A stretch of DNA of 63,668 nt, the filler included, from Octopus bimaculoides (Eukaryota): the NCBI RefSeq assembly GCF_001194135.2. It is 7 parts of 6 records of this genome, joined end to end, with 100 filler letters (N's around TTAATTAATTAA, not from the genome) between each part and the next. Parts side by side here need not be neighbours in the genome. Positions count along the whole stretch, not along the records: positions 12,899 to 29,943 come from NC_068989.1; 6 more parts are not named here. One strand, 5' to 3'. Each line of letters opens with the position of its first letter. The first letter of the stretch is position 1. Made by a program: the position numbers and the translations under genes. The notes under the pieces are model-generated. The model had not been told where the DNA came from and did not search any database. It was given only the letters and a program-made list of their open reading frames with translations. Below, piece by piece: positions 13,608 through 25,440 of this stretch.

Positions 13608-14796
13608 TATAATAATAACAATAAAAATAATAATAATCATGGTGATGATGATGATGAGTAGGAGGAGGAGGAGGAGGAGGAGATTAAGCTGATTTTTTTT
13701 AATATTAAGAGATAGATACCTGTTTTATGACTGGTTTTAATAATATAAAATGAACATCTGTACTAAACATCTCTTACTTATGAAAAGTTTTAAATATTGA
13801 ATTATGTGAATTAAAGATGAAAATTTTTCGTTCAAGTTAATTGCCAGTCAATTAAATGAGCAATATTATTAATTATGCTACGATCGTAGAATCGGTATTG
13901 CTGTAGTCAAAGTAGTTTCTAGCATGTAATTATTTTCTTTTGCGTCATAAATTTTAAATATCAGTGTCATTTCCTTCGCTTACATTTTTCCAGGAATAAT
14001 AAAAACGATCGTAACCATCCCAAATTTGTGGTCGGAAGCAAAAGTTAGACATCAGTATTGATTATACTATTGCTATAAATCTTCTCGCAACGAAAGGTTA
14101 ACAATATAAACTGAATGAGATCTCAACAGTGCAGTAAATATATCGAACCCGTTTTCCCACAAGCTGCTAAAGTTGAATAGGTAATCCACGCGTTATTTCT
14201 TGCCTCTCAGAAATTTAAGTTCAAATACCACCACCCCTGTAAATATTCCGTATTCCACCGTGTGGGTTGTGACCATGCTCCCTAGTCCTATAACACCGAG
14301 TTCTATGTGAATCTTGACAGGTGTTGGAATAAAATTCAAATATAAGTTATATGAGTAGTCATATAATTCCGTTCACATCCAGAATTCTTTTGGGGATATT
14401 CAAATGGGCTAAGACGGCGAGCTGGCAGAATCGTTAGCATGCCGAGCGAAATACTGAGCAGCATTTCGTCGGCCGTTACGTTCTGAGTTCAAATTCCACC
14501 GACGTCGACTTTCGGGGTCGATAAATTAAGTACCAGTTACTCACCGGAGTCGATGTAATCGACTTGATTCCTTTGTTTGTCCTTATTTGTTCTCTCTATG
14601 TCTAGCCACTTGTGGGCAATAAAAAAATAAGAATCCTTAGCTCGCCAAGCGAAATGCTCTGTCTTTACATTCGAAGTTCAAAATCCTCTGAGTCCGACTT
14701 TGCTCTTCAGCCTTACGGGGTCAGTAGAATAAGTTCCAGGTGTCGCTAAAATAAGTTCCAGGGGTCAAAATAATCGACTTAACCCATCTTACTGAC

Positions 14797-15560
14797 TTAG
14801 CCACCCTCAAATTCCACCACAGCCCCAAGACGGTTCTGGAACGTGGCTCATGTGTTCCTCATCGCGTTCCTGAGATCTTCAAACATTTCATTGAAGTTGA
14901 CAACCAGTTCGGACTTGGTACTGCAAGCAGAGCAGTTGTTGTTGTCTTTCTCAACTGTGCCCTACTCACAGTAACCTATGGGAATACAATCGGAAGAATT
15001 AGGAGACAAGATAATTGCGCTGATGAAGCCGTAGCAATTCTCCGAGAACCACTTCTGTTTCTTCCTGGATGTATGGCATGGAACTGTGCGGTGTTGTCAC
15101 ACATATGATCTTCCAGCAGTAACCCTCTCCAGCCAGTGCTTGACTACAGTCTTTAGCAGCATCATATAGCCGTCCGAATTGGTCCTAAGTCCTTGTTCAA
15201 AGATGCTGGAATGAATTCCAGTGTTCGGATGCAGTCAGAACGCCTGTTGTTTCCTTTCCTGTGGGCCACGGCTTCGTAATCTCATAATTACAGTTGCCTA
15301 TGTTTTATCTTACATCCTATACAACGTTCACAGAGCATTGACCTGCAGTCATGATGTCGGCATTTTGAAACGCGGTGCGAATCCTCATGATACAAGTGAT
15401 TGTTTTCCAATATTCAAATGGATTCCACCTGATTTTTTTCTCAACTACAACTTTAATCTTTACGCAAACCAACACTGATGAATCTTCTCTACTACATAAA
15501 GTTCCTCCAGAAAAAAAGGGGACATAAAATATCGTCAAATTTAGCCACAACACTCTTTAT
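14797..15560 (-). mobile_element. Internally deleted maT/DD37D-type Tc1/mariner relic
   Basis: The minus strand gives N-terminal EYWKTITCIMRIRTAFQNADIMTAGQCS...EAVAHRKGNNRRSDCIRTLEF joined directly to C-terminal IFEQGLRTNSDGYMMLLKTVVKHWLERVTAGRSYV*Q...PCHTSRKKQKWFSENCY...PNSSDC...FQNRLGAVVEFEGG*. A TIR-like caaatttagccacaacac lies at ~15536-15555. Stops and frameshifts are present. Confidence 0.8.
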
Positions 15561-16198
15561 GTCAGTAACTTTGTGTAACTGGTGTAAATCAGTATCATAT
15601 TTAAAGAGAGGCTTTAAAGAAATATAATACTGCTGCAAAATCGGAATATGTATTCAGGTTCTATATTCAGAAATGCATTCAAAATCTCAGAATAATATTC
15701 TCAATGCATATTTTCTTTTATCAAAGCTCTTTGGGGTGTGAAATCATATCCCATAAAGTATGAATTCACATTATATAACTTCATGATTGATCAGAATATA
15801 TATTCTTCCTCTAAAAAATATGTGACAGTTAATGAATAAAAGAAATTCTATGCTGTAAATATGTTTCTCCTTTAGTTCTTTAATATAATTTGTGGACAAT
15901 AGCTTCGACAATTACGAGTTTCCAACAGACTAATCACAGGTTGTCTGTATTTTACAAAGAAACAAAAGGATTTTGCAGATTCCTGCAACATCTTTGGTTG
16001 CACAAATATAACAACGAATAAAAGCCATATTTTTCACAGACGTTCACACGTCTGCCGATAAACGTTGATGAAAAATACGTAAGCACAAGCACATACACAC
16101 ATACCTGCGCGCACACGCACGCACACACACACATACACTCACTTTCAAATGCAGACAACCCACAAATATATACATATATATAATCCAAGGTATACCAC

Positions 16199-16251
<53 letters not shown>

Positions 16252-16664
16252 ATGTGTATATTCCATTGGTTATATGTATATGTATATGTATGTATACACA
16301 CACACATTAATATATATATGATACAGGTAAACATTTTACAGATACTATATATAGTCGCTGCGTGGGTGTGTGGTAAGAAGCTTGTTTCCCAACTACATGG
16401 TTCCGGGTTCGGTTCCATTGCATAGCACCTTGGATAAGTATCTTCTACTATATTCTCGGGTCGACCAAAGCCTTGCTATAGGATCTGGTCAACGGAAACT
16501 TACAGAAGCCCGTGGTATATANNNNNNNNNNNNNNNNNNNNNNNNNNNNNNNNNNNNNNNNNNNNNNNNNNNNNNNNNNNNNNNNNNNNNNNNNNNNNNN
16601 NNNNNNNNNNNNNNNNNNNNNNNNNNNNNNNNNNNNNNNNNNNNNNNNNNNNNNNNNNNNNNNN

Positions 16665-16699
<35 letters not shown>

Positions 16700-17081
16700 T
16701 CAAATGATCGAGGTGAAGGAGGAAGAAAGTGAGTTTCAAGCAATCCATATGAAGCAATAATGGTTTATCAGGAACAATAATGGTTTATTGGGGCAGAAAT
16801 GCTGTGGATTTTTTCTGTATGGAATGTAAATTTCATTTAATCAAGATACCATTTTCCCTGAAGAGAAGGCTGCGATTCACGCCTCGCTTGTATACTTAAC
16901 ACTCCTGCGGTCCCGCTCGCTATGAAACTAATGTAGCCTGGATTTTATCTATTCCGTTTGTTAAATCTTGGATATATATTCATAAACAAAAGTACAAAAT
17001 AGTACCAGCAATGCTAGAAACTCATAATAAAAATTGTTGAGAGCGTGCGCTTGACGAGACGAGTTATGCTTAACCCTAGAC

Positions 17082-17155
17082 ACAGTAAGGTTCACTGACG
17101 AGAACTGAGATGCAATGCATAAGTGTTCGAAATCACGTGATGTGATCATATCTGC
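17082..17155 (+). ncRNA. Type I hammerhead ribozyme motif, copy 1 (intact core, non-permissive AUG at the cleavage triplet)
   Basis: GTTCA (stem I 5') - CTGACGA (17095-17101) - stem II GAAC/GTTC (17102-17105/17125-17128) - GAAA (17129-17132) - palindromic helix III ATCACGTGAT (17132-17141) - G17 - TGATC (stem I 3'), plus distal CAG/CTG pairing. Confidence 0.8.
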
Positions 17156-17438
17156 TACCTCACTTGAATGCTTATCTCACTACGGTAAGGAGTTTCGCTT
17201 CGCGTCTTCCGTCAACTTACGATAGTGCTTTTGGTGGATAATTGGATCGTTTTTGATTCTTGTTTTTAGCAATACTGGTACTATTTTGTACCGTTGTTTA
17301 TAGATTTGCCTTTAGGTTTTAATTGCTAATGGGCCACCTACATTATTTATAGTATACATTTCCATTGTTTTGACACAGCGCACGCTTTCTGCGGTTTTTC
17401 TGATGAGTTGACGAGGCGAGTTATGTTTAACCCTAGGC

Positions 17439-17512
17439 GCAGTAAGATCCAGTGACGAGAACTAAAATGCATTGTATCAGAGTTCGAAATCACGTGATAT
17501 GGGTAAATCTGC
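17439..17512 (+). ncRNA. Type I hammerhead ribozyme motif, copy 2 (AUA cleavage site, C3-to-G core change)
   Basis: ATCCA - GTGACGA (17452-17458) - stem II GAACT/AGTTC (17459-17463/17481-17485) - GAAA (17486-17489) - ATCACGTGAT (17489-17498) - A17 (17499) - TGGGT, plus distal GCAG/CTGC pairing. Confidence 0.8.
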
Positions 17513-18381
17513 TACCTCAATTGGGTGCTTGCCTCATTACGGTAAGGAGCTTTCTCGCTTCTTCTCTTTCATCAACAAGACAGTGTTTTTTTTTGTGGCT
17601 AATTGAGTCGTTTTTTACTCTTGTTTCTAGCAATACTGGTACCATTTTGTACCCTTGTTTATAAACTTTCCTTCAGGACTATGAAATTCCATTCAATGAA
17701 ATATATTTGTTATACCGACGTTTATAGAAGGAGACACAGATGCAAGATGGGAACGAACCCAGGAACAAGTAGCTGAAAGGATAACTTTGTTAACCATAGA
17801 GATATACCAGCATCTTATGCATATGGATAGATATATCAAGAATCTATTAAGATGCAGTAAATTGAATTGATGACAATGGATTTTATCAAGACCAGATGCG
17901 TCTTATTACAGCCACTTTAGGAAACTAGAATAATTATCTCTGTGAAATTGGAGTGTCTTTGTGGAAATCAATATTTCCACTTTGTCTTGATGTCAACGAC
18001 AAACAAGGCCTTACCACTGGATGTTTTTGTTCAGCTTCGATTACCTATCCATCTATCTGCCTATCTTTCTTACCGAAACGCTATCTGTCTATCAAGGAAT
18101 GCATACAGAGAATAACAATATGTATTGTGTCTTGCATCTTTTACTTGCTTCAGGCATTGGATTGCGGTTATGCTTGGGTCACGCTTTCAAGAGCTTCAGT
18201 CGAACGAATTACTCCCACCACTTTGTTAATGTCTGGAGTTTATTCTACCGGTCTCTTGTCTCTTTGCGGAACTGTTGAGTTAGGAAGACGTAAAGAAAGC
18301 AAAACCGGGGAACAGGCACAAACACAGACGCACACGCACTCGCTCACGCGCACACACATACATGCATGTTTGTGTATGTAC

Positions 18382-18431
<50 letters not shown>

Positions 18432-18683
18432 ATGTATGTATGTATATGCATGCATATGTACAACACACACACATACACGACAGACTTCTTTCAGTTTCCG
18501 TCTACCAAATCCACTCAAAAGACATTGGTTGGCTCAAGGCTGTACAAGATGACATCTGCTTGATGTATCACAAAGTGGGAATGAACCCGAAACTCTGTGG
18601 TGGAGAAGCAATCTCCTGACTACACAGCCATGCCTGTGCCTGTATATGTATGTATGTGTGTGTGTGTGTATGTGCGTGTGTAT

Positions 18684-18887
<204 letters not shown>

Positions 18888-20103
18888 ATATGTATATCTA
18901 CATACATATCTAATTCTGATCAAGTTAATTCTGAACGAGTAAAGCTAACAGCAAAGACATTCAAACTATTACTATCACATGTTTAAGTTTATATAAGTGG
19001 GTCACATTTTTTAATACGTCCCTTTTTACTTTTGTTTTCTTTGAGGTGTAGTTTGAAACCTGAAGAAGACTTAGCCGCTATTTCTAGCAACCCGATGGTT
19101 GTGTAGAGAATGCCATCAGTATTCTAATGTCCTGGTTACTAGTTTCGTGTCTGTTTCAAAGCTATTCGCTCCAAGACACCTGACCTCTCATAAAGATATG
19201 TGCGAAGACTAACATTAACATTTACAATTGAATTTTCAACTCACTCGCTCACAGACCAAGTTTAATTAAGAAGACTTATTGGACTGCCACTAGGTTGATA
19301 TTACTGCAATTTGCCAAGTTTAACGCCACTGTACAAGATGCATCAGCTAAATATAGCCAATGCTATAGATGTTAATTGATTTACTGGTTTTTCGGACAGA
19401 CATTTCTGGTTCTTTCTTCATCTCTACAACTATTTCAGCACTATAAGTTTAGCAATAATTTTACTGCAGACATTTCGCTTCGTTTTACTATTGACTCTTA
19501 CTTCTATCTATGATTATTATTGAGTTATTTGTTATTTTTGCTGTTATTGATTTCTTATCAGTTTTGAACGATAAAAAAGTCATAAAACAACATATTGGTC
19601 TCTTTTGATTAAGCACCAGAAAGATCTCTCTGTGTGGGCTGAGGGATGTGGAAGAAGAATCCGAAGTGATGTTGGTTCTTTCGTGTCTTTCGTAATGATA
19701 TTAACAATTAACTGTGTAGGGGAAGTAACTCAAACCACTCTGAAGGACCGTACTTCAAACCTTTCTAGTCAGAAGCCTGTAGCGTATTCTGAGTCATTTG
19801 TACCCCATTATGTGATTTATCACCAGACTAAAGTGTTACTCGTCATATGACGGATAACTTTGGAAGTATTGTTTTGGCACCATGGGTAACATCAAGAGAT
19901 ATGGCAATAATTATAGTTTCGCTTTATTAAATATCTTGTTCATAAGGCAAAATATTGAAATGAATACTAATTTTCCCAAGAACATGACCTTAAAATTAAT
20001 CATAGTAAATAAAAGTAATACCCAACAGTTATTTTTAAAAATTGAAAAAAAAATAAACAAAATTCTCATGGTTAGTTTTATACCCTTTTTTTTTTTTTGA
20101 ACG

Positions 20104-20244
20104 CTGCAAAAACATCACAAGAACTGCTACTCACAATTTGATGTTCCTGTTCGTCGGAGAGATGTGATCAAGATTCTTGATCGCAACTGTCCAACCAACG
20201 GGAGCGTGAAACTCTGAGTTGCAGCTTCTGTGATGTTTTTGCAG
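20104..20244. repeat. Imperfect ~140-bp fold-back repeat (MITE-like family); one arm recurs at ~60430-60505
   Basis: The left arm ctgcaaaaacatcacaagaactgctactca pairs with the right arm tgagttgcagcttctgtgatgtttttgcag. The centre is tgtgatcaag-att-cttgatcgca. Confidence 0.75.
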
Positions 20245-20609
20245 TTTTAATAGTACTCGACATTTGAGCACTATTTTTCCCACCCTGCTTTGCATTTATG
20301 TGCATACTCGTGTATACACACACACACACACANNNNNNNNNNNNNNNNNNNNNNNNNNNNNNNNNNNNNNNNNNNNNNNNNNNNNNNNNNNNNNNNNNNN
20401 NNNNNNNNNNNNNNNNNNNNNNNNNNNNNNNNNNNNNNNNNNNNNNNNNNNNNNNNNNNNNNNNNNNNNNNNNNNNNNNNNNNNNNNNNNNNNNNNNNNN
20501 NNNNNNNNNNNNNNNNNNNNNNNNNNNNNNNNNNNNNNNNNNNNNACATACATACATACATACATAGAGAGAGAAAGTGATAGAGAGAGAGAGAAAGAAA
20601 GAGAGAGAG

Positions 20610-20640
<31 letters not shown>

Positions 20641-21567
20641 TGAAATCATTTTCATTAAGCTGTCATGATCCTCTTTATGCACATCGAGAACTAATTGTGT
20701 TCCTAATATTATATAAACTTTATTATTTTCAATTTGTCAATAAAGACTACGGCTACAGACTAATCCACCTCAAAGCATCTGCTAGTCCAGAGCAACACAC
20801 GTATGCAGCACATTAAAACATGCATGAGGTATCAGATGTATGCATTATATCTACATATGTGTCAATAACCTTGAGGTCATGTCGAATTTGAAGTTAACGA
20901 AATGATTGAAAAGTGATTTGCGATATCACCTTTTATGGTGGTGTTAGACCGAGTGGTGTTTTAGCACTTTCCTCACAAGGTGTAGAGAACTCCACCTCAC
21001 AGATTTCCATGCATTTCTGTCTCGGATTGTTGTCTCCAACGCCTTGCTAGAGCCGAGTCGGTAGTAGAAAAACTCTTCCCCAGTATTTCCATTGAGTGCG
21101 ATTGCACCAAAAACCACATAAGAGAAAAGAGATATTTTTGACTTCACAATCATAATAGCGAATCTGGGACACTTCTACTGTAGGTCTTTTTACAACATAT
21201 AGACAGTAGTCTGTCTTTTTGTCGTCACTTAAGAAAATCTTTCTTTTTAAATAACTGCTCGTTTAGAACAAGTATTCTAATGACAATGTTTTAAATGAGA
21301 CGTTGTTAGTGCAAAATAAAAATCATTGAACGTTGAATACTAAATAGATAGCTTTTTATTCTCGTCTCATCTACTTTTGTTTGCTTTTTTTACTTTTCCT
21401 TCTGCTTGTTATTTCACTCTCTCTAACCCTCACCGTTGTGTCTCTTTCCAAATCTATTTAATTAATACCTTATTATACTGTTATGAAATTTTAAATACAA
21501 GTCAATTTGTTATTGGGTACGACACCGAAAAATAGTATATACATATATACACACCCACCAGTGTGTT

Positions 21568-21615
<48 letters not shown>

Positions 21616-22032
21616 AAGTAATTAGCGAATATTTCATAGACCAATATTTGTTTCCTGATTTCCTGATTAGCCATGCGTAGCCTTGGCTTGAACAATAATT
21701 ATTTGTATGCTTTTAAGTATGTTTTTTTTTTATATATTTTGTTGTTGTTGTGTGTGTATATTGTCTGTTATTTTGGTTGTTTGTTTTGACCTTTAGTCTT
21801 TGTTTTCGGTATGTATTTCTTACTTTTAATTTAAAGTCTTGTAGAACAGATCAGAAAACACGATGTAAATAAATTTGCTGTTTCATTGAACAAGATAAAC
21901 TCCCTCTCTCACTTTCTATCTCTGTCTCACGTCTCTCTTTCCCTCTCACGCACACATTTACATTTAAATAATAAACAGTCATCCTAATTGAACTACTATT
22001 CGTTTCTTTATTGCTATTATTATTATTATTAT

Positions 22033-22099
<67 letters not shown>

Positions 22100-23289
22100 T
22101 TGATGGGGAATAATTTAGATACCAGGTACAACTAAGCATCTAATTTAGAGTCACTGTAATCAAATGATTATACTGCAAGTTTTATCTCCCTGTGGGCAGA
22201 AACATTTTTGTCTGAACTGGTTATAGTCGTCTGGCCCATTACCAAGAATAACTATTTATGTCTAAATAACCATTGTTGGCTTATAGATACTTATACAGTA
22301 TACAATCTCAGCCAAAAAGGTGACATGATCAGAAAAGTATTAGTGAGGAAAACGGTTATTCTTAAAAGGGAAAGTGAAAATAATTGCAACAGTGTAAACA
22401 GGAGGCACTTTAATCATATTTGATCTATAGTAAGACGAAAATTAGTTTTATTCCTTTGTTTATTGGGTAAGGAGGAATATGGGGTACAGTTTAAACTGGA
22501 GAGATATGTTAGGAGAGATAGATGTTATGATAAAAGGGAGAGTAAAATATCTCAGTGTAATATTTTACAATAGAGAGAATTCAATCATATTGGATGTTAG
22601 TATGATAATATACCACTGTATATCTTTTGTGTAAGGTATCTCATACCATCTGTTGAAGTTACTTAAATGTTCCAAGGAAATAATTAGTTACAAGAAAATA
22701 GTATATATGAGAAAATACTACCCTTTCGACCAACATAGAGTAAGGTTATCAGCCAGAAATTTTCGTGATGTAATTAATTATTATATTATATTATATTATA
22801 TTGTAATACAACGTATTGTTATTGGTGTATGCAAATGCTGGAAGGTATAATTCAGAGTAATATTAAAGCTAAACAAACCAGAAAAATCATTTACACATTG
22901 TTATACACATATATTAAATAAAAGTAACGAAGTTAATACGAACATATTTGAATCTATAATATAGTTATGTACTCACGAGATATATAATCTTTAATATTTT
23001 AGCACCACGCTAATAGCTTAGGAGTGAAATTTAGGATTTCTGGGGAAACCCAGAAATCCTAAATTTTTCCCAGCTGGTTTGCACACTATAGCAGCACCAT
23101 TGTTATGTTATTATTATTCTGTGTAACAGCCTTTCTTTTTTTATTTCAGATTCTTCAGTTTTGGGGTGAACAATGCTAATAGCTTTTGAACGAAAATAGC
23201 CCATCTGTACATTTTTCTCTCCAGAAAATGAAGGGTAATAGTACATATTAAGAATATATTGAGTATATATTTAATAGAAAACCATAAAA

Positions 23290-23560
23290 ATATTATAACA
23301 TTTATTGACATAATGAATTATTTCTCCACATGAGCGCCATTTCTACAGATAACTTTGAAAACCCTATTAGTCATGGAATCTGTCAATGTCTTAATAGCAG
23401 CAGGTTGGACTGCCTCTGCTGCAGATATGATAGGCGCCCATCGATGTAAATTGGCGTTCATTGGCATAAACGTCTTGTTTAATGATAGACCAAAGATTTT
23501 CAATAGGTCTGAGATCCGGAGATGCTGGCAGCAACACTATTAGCTTTTCACCCTAGTAAT
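23290..23560 (-). mobile_element. Tc1 transposase C-terminal relic
   Basis: The minus strand reads PASPDLRPIENLWSIIKQDVYANERQFTS, then after a frameshift WAPIISAAEAVQPAAIKTLTDSMTNRVFKVICRNGAHVEK*. Confidence 0.8.
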
Positions 23561-24829
23561 CTTTAGGTGGTGCTTACATATGTAGATGTGTGTGCATGCG
23601 TGCGTGCGTACGCGCGTGCGTGTGTGTGTGTGTGTATGTGTGTGTGTGTGTGTGTGTTTCTGTCTGTCTGTCTCTGTGCGCGTTCGTGTGAGTGTGAGTG
23701 TCTGCGTGTGTGTCTTTGTGCTTGTGAATGTTCTCCTTCAACCACATGACAACAACTATTGGTTTGCTGGTTCCCGTTACTTAGAAATTTCGTGAAAAGA
23801 GACCGAAAGTATGAGCACCAAACATATTACAACATAAGTACTGGGGTCGGTTTGCTTGACTAGACCCCCAACAAGGCAGTGCACCAGAGTGGCCGTAGTC
23901 CAATGACTGGCACAAGTAGAAAATAAAGGGCAGATATACAAAATTCACTACGATGCGTTTGGTAATTTAAGTGCAAGTCCTACAATTTCGAGGGGAGGCG
24001 ATCAGTCTATTATGTGAACCCTAGTGCTAAATGGGAACTTTATTTTATCGACCCCAAAAAGATAAAAGACAAAGATAATCTAGGTGGGAGTTCAATACAG
24101 CAAGGCATTTTTCCGACGCTCTAACGATTCTCCTACCAATATCAAAGAGATACACGTGTTGCAGACAATATATAATCAAGATTAAATGTTTTATCCTGCT
24201 CTGTTCAGCATTTATGTTAACTTTAATTATGTCTTCCAGTCTTTCCATTAATTCAACAATGATAGTACATTATATTGCAATATAATACAATATAATATGA
24301 TTGAATTATATTATGAGCAATTATAAGTATTAATCTAAAATACATAAATCAAAAATACGTAGTGTTTTGGCTGGAATATTTTCTCACAAACTTATTATTT
24401 TCTAGCAATATATATGTAGGTTAAAGTCTATTGCTTCAATTTTTCAATTTGGCATATATATATATATATATATATATACAGCAAAGTAGCTGGTTAGAAA
24501 ATGTCTATAACAGATGGAAGTAGTAACTACACTGAGAAGTAATGTTTATCGCTACTTCAATATGGCTGCAGTGTCGGAGCCGACGTTACTACCGACTGCA
24601 ATCCCACGAGGACGCCTCTTCCAGCCGGTTATCGATTCAATTTTCACCCTATATATATATATATATATATATTGCAAGCAGGGGAGCGAACCCCTACTAT
24701 CTTCTAGTGACGATGACGGGTCGACCAGAACCTCCGGTTTCGAGCTATATTTGTGCTCACCCTCAGTGGTGGACACCAGTTTGCTAGAGAACTCAAACTC
24801 AGCTGAAGTAATAGAACCGCGAACATAAC

Positions 24830-25440
24830 GAAACATTTTGTTCGGTATCTGTACGCATTTTCTTCAGTAGCTGCCCACAGTTTGTCGGCCATCGCCGGTT
24901 TTGTGTCTGCATAAAAAATACCTTGTGGTGTGAGGTCTGTTGAACACAAAGAGTATTCTGCACAACCACTTTGTCCTATTCGTCTATTTGGTAAAATCTC
25001 ATCACGGTAGGCTTTTACATTGCTATGGTGTCAGTGTGAGAGTAGTCTTAAGTCTTGCTAGAAATAATACGCAGTATCTTCAAAGCCGTCGTAGATGTTT
25101 GGTATGATTGATTGTCTCAGCAAAATGCAAGCATCTTTTAAAGCGGTGACAGTCGCAGGATCGTGAAAAAACATCCATTTAATGTTTTTGATCATACTGT
25201 AATTTCCGGTAGATTAAAATGATATTTCTCTGTAATATAACAACAGTTCTGCAGTCCCTTTTACTGTGGCCGTAAACTGAGGTATTTAATTAAAATGTTG
25301 CCTAATCGCTCCAAACAAGGTTTTTTTGAAAGTGTGCATCATCTACACAACATGCCAACTACGCTCGCAAAAATCCACTTTACCTAGATCATCTTCAGTG
25401 AGATTATGAACTATTCTTGGAATATCATTTTTCCAACGAC
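24830..25440 (-). mobile_element. Decayed Tc1/mariner (maT-related) transposase relic
   Basis: Minus-strand pieces LRQSIIPNIYDGFEDTAYYF*QD and HHSNVKAYRDEILPNRRIGQSGCAEYSLCSTDLTPQGIF match the FQQDGAPPH...WIGR.G..EYPPRSPDLTPLDF pattern. Confidence 0.7.

Larger units (their letters stand above)
16920..17680 (+). mobile_element. Retrozyme-like / PLE pseudo-LTR tandem repeat (357-bp period) with an abutting inverted partial copy
   Basis: 17051-17320 aligns by eye with 17408-17677; the hammerhead cores are 357 bp apart. 16982-17021 is the reverse complement of 17263-17302/17623-17661, and 17021-17050 is the reverse complement of 17379-17407. Confidence 0.7.

Noticed and set aside
17400-17406. 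Additional CTGATGA words (also at ~15021, 15476, 32558, 61027, 62980)
   Set aside because: None has a stem II followed by GAAA and NUH. Some lie inside transposase relics.
20944-21153. 69-aa minus ORF with IALNGNTGEEFF (beta-propeller-like) and RDRNAWK
   Set aside because: Too short and without clear splice signals. It could equally be an RTE tail remnant, so it is unassignable without a search.
22200-22700. Possible ancient PLE RT remnant on the minus strand (DHVTFL.., YKPT)
   Set aside because: The motif matches are too short and fragmented to support by eye.
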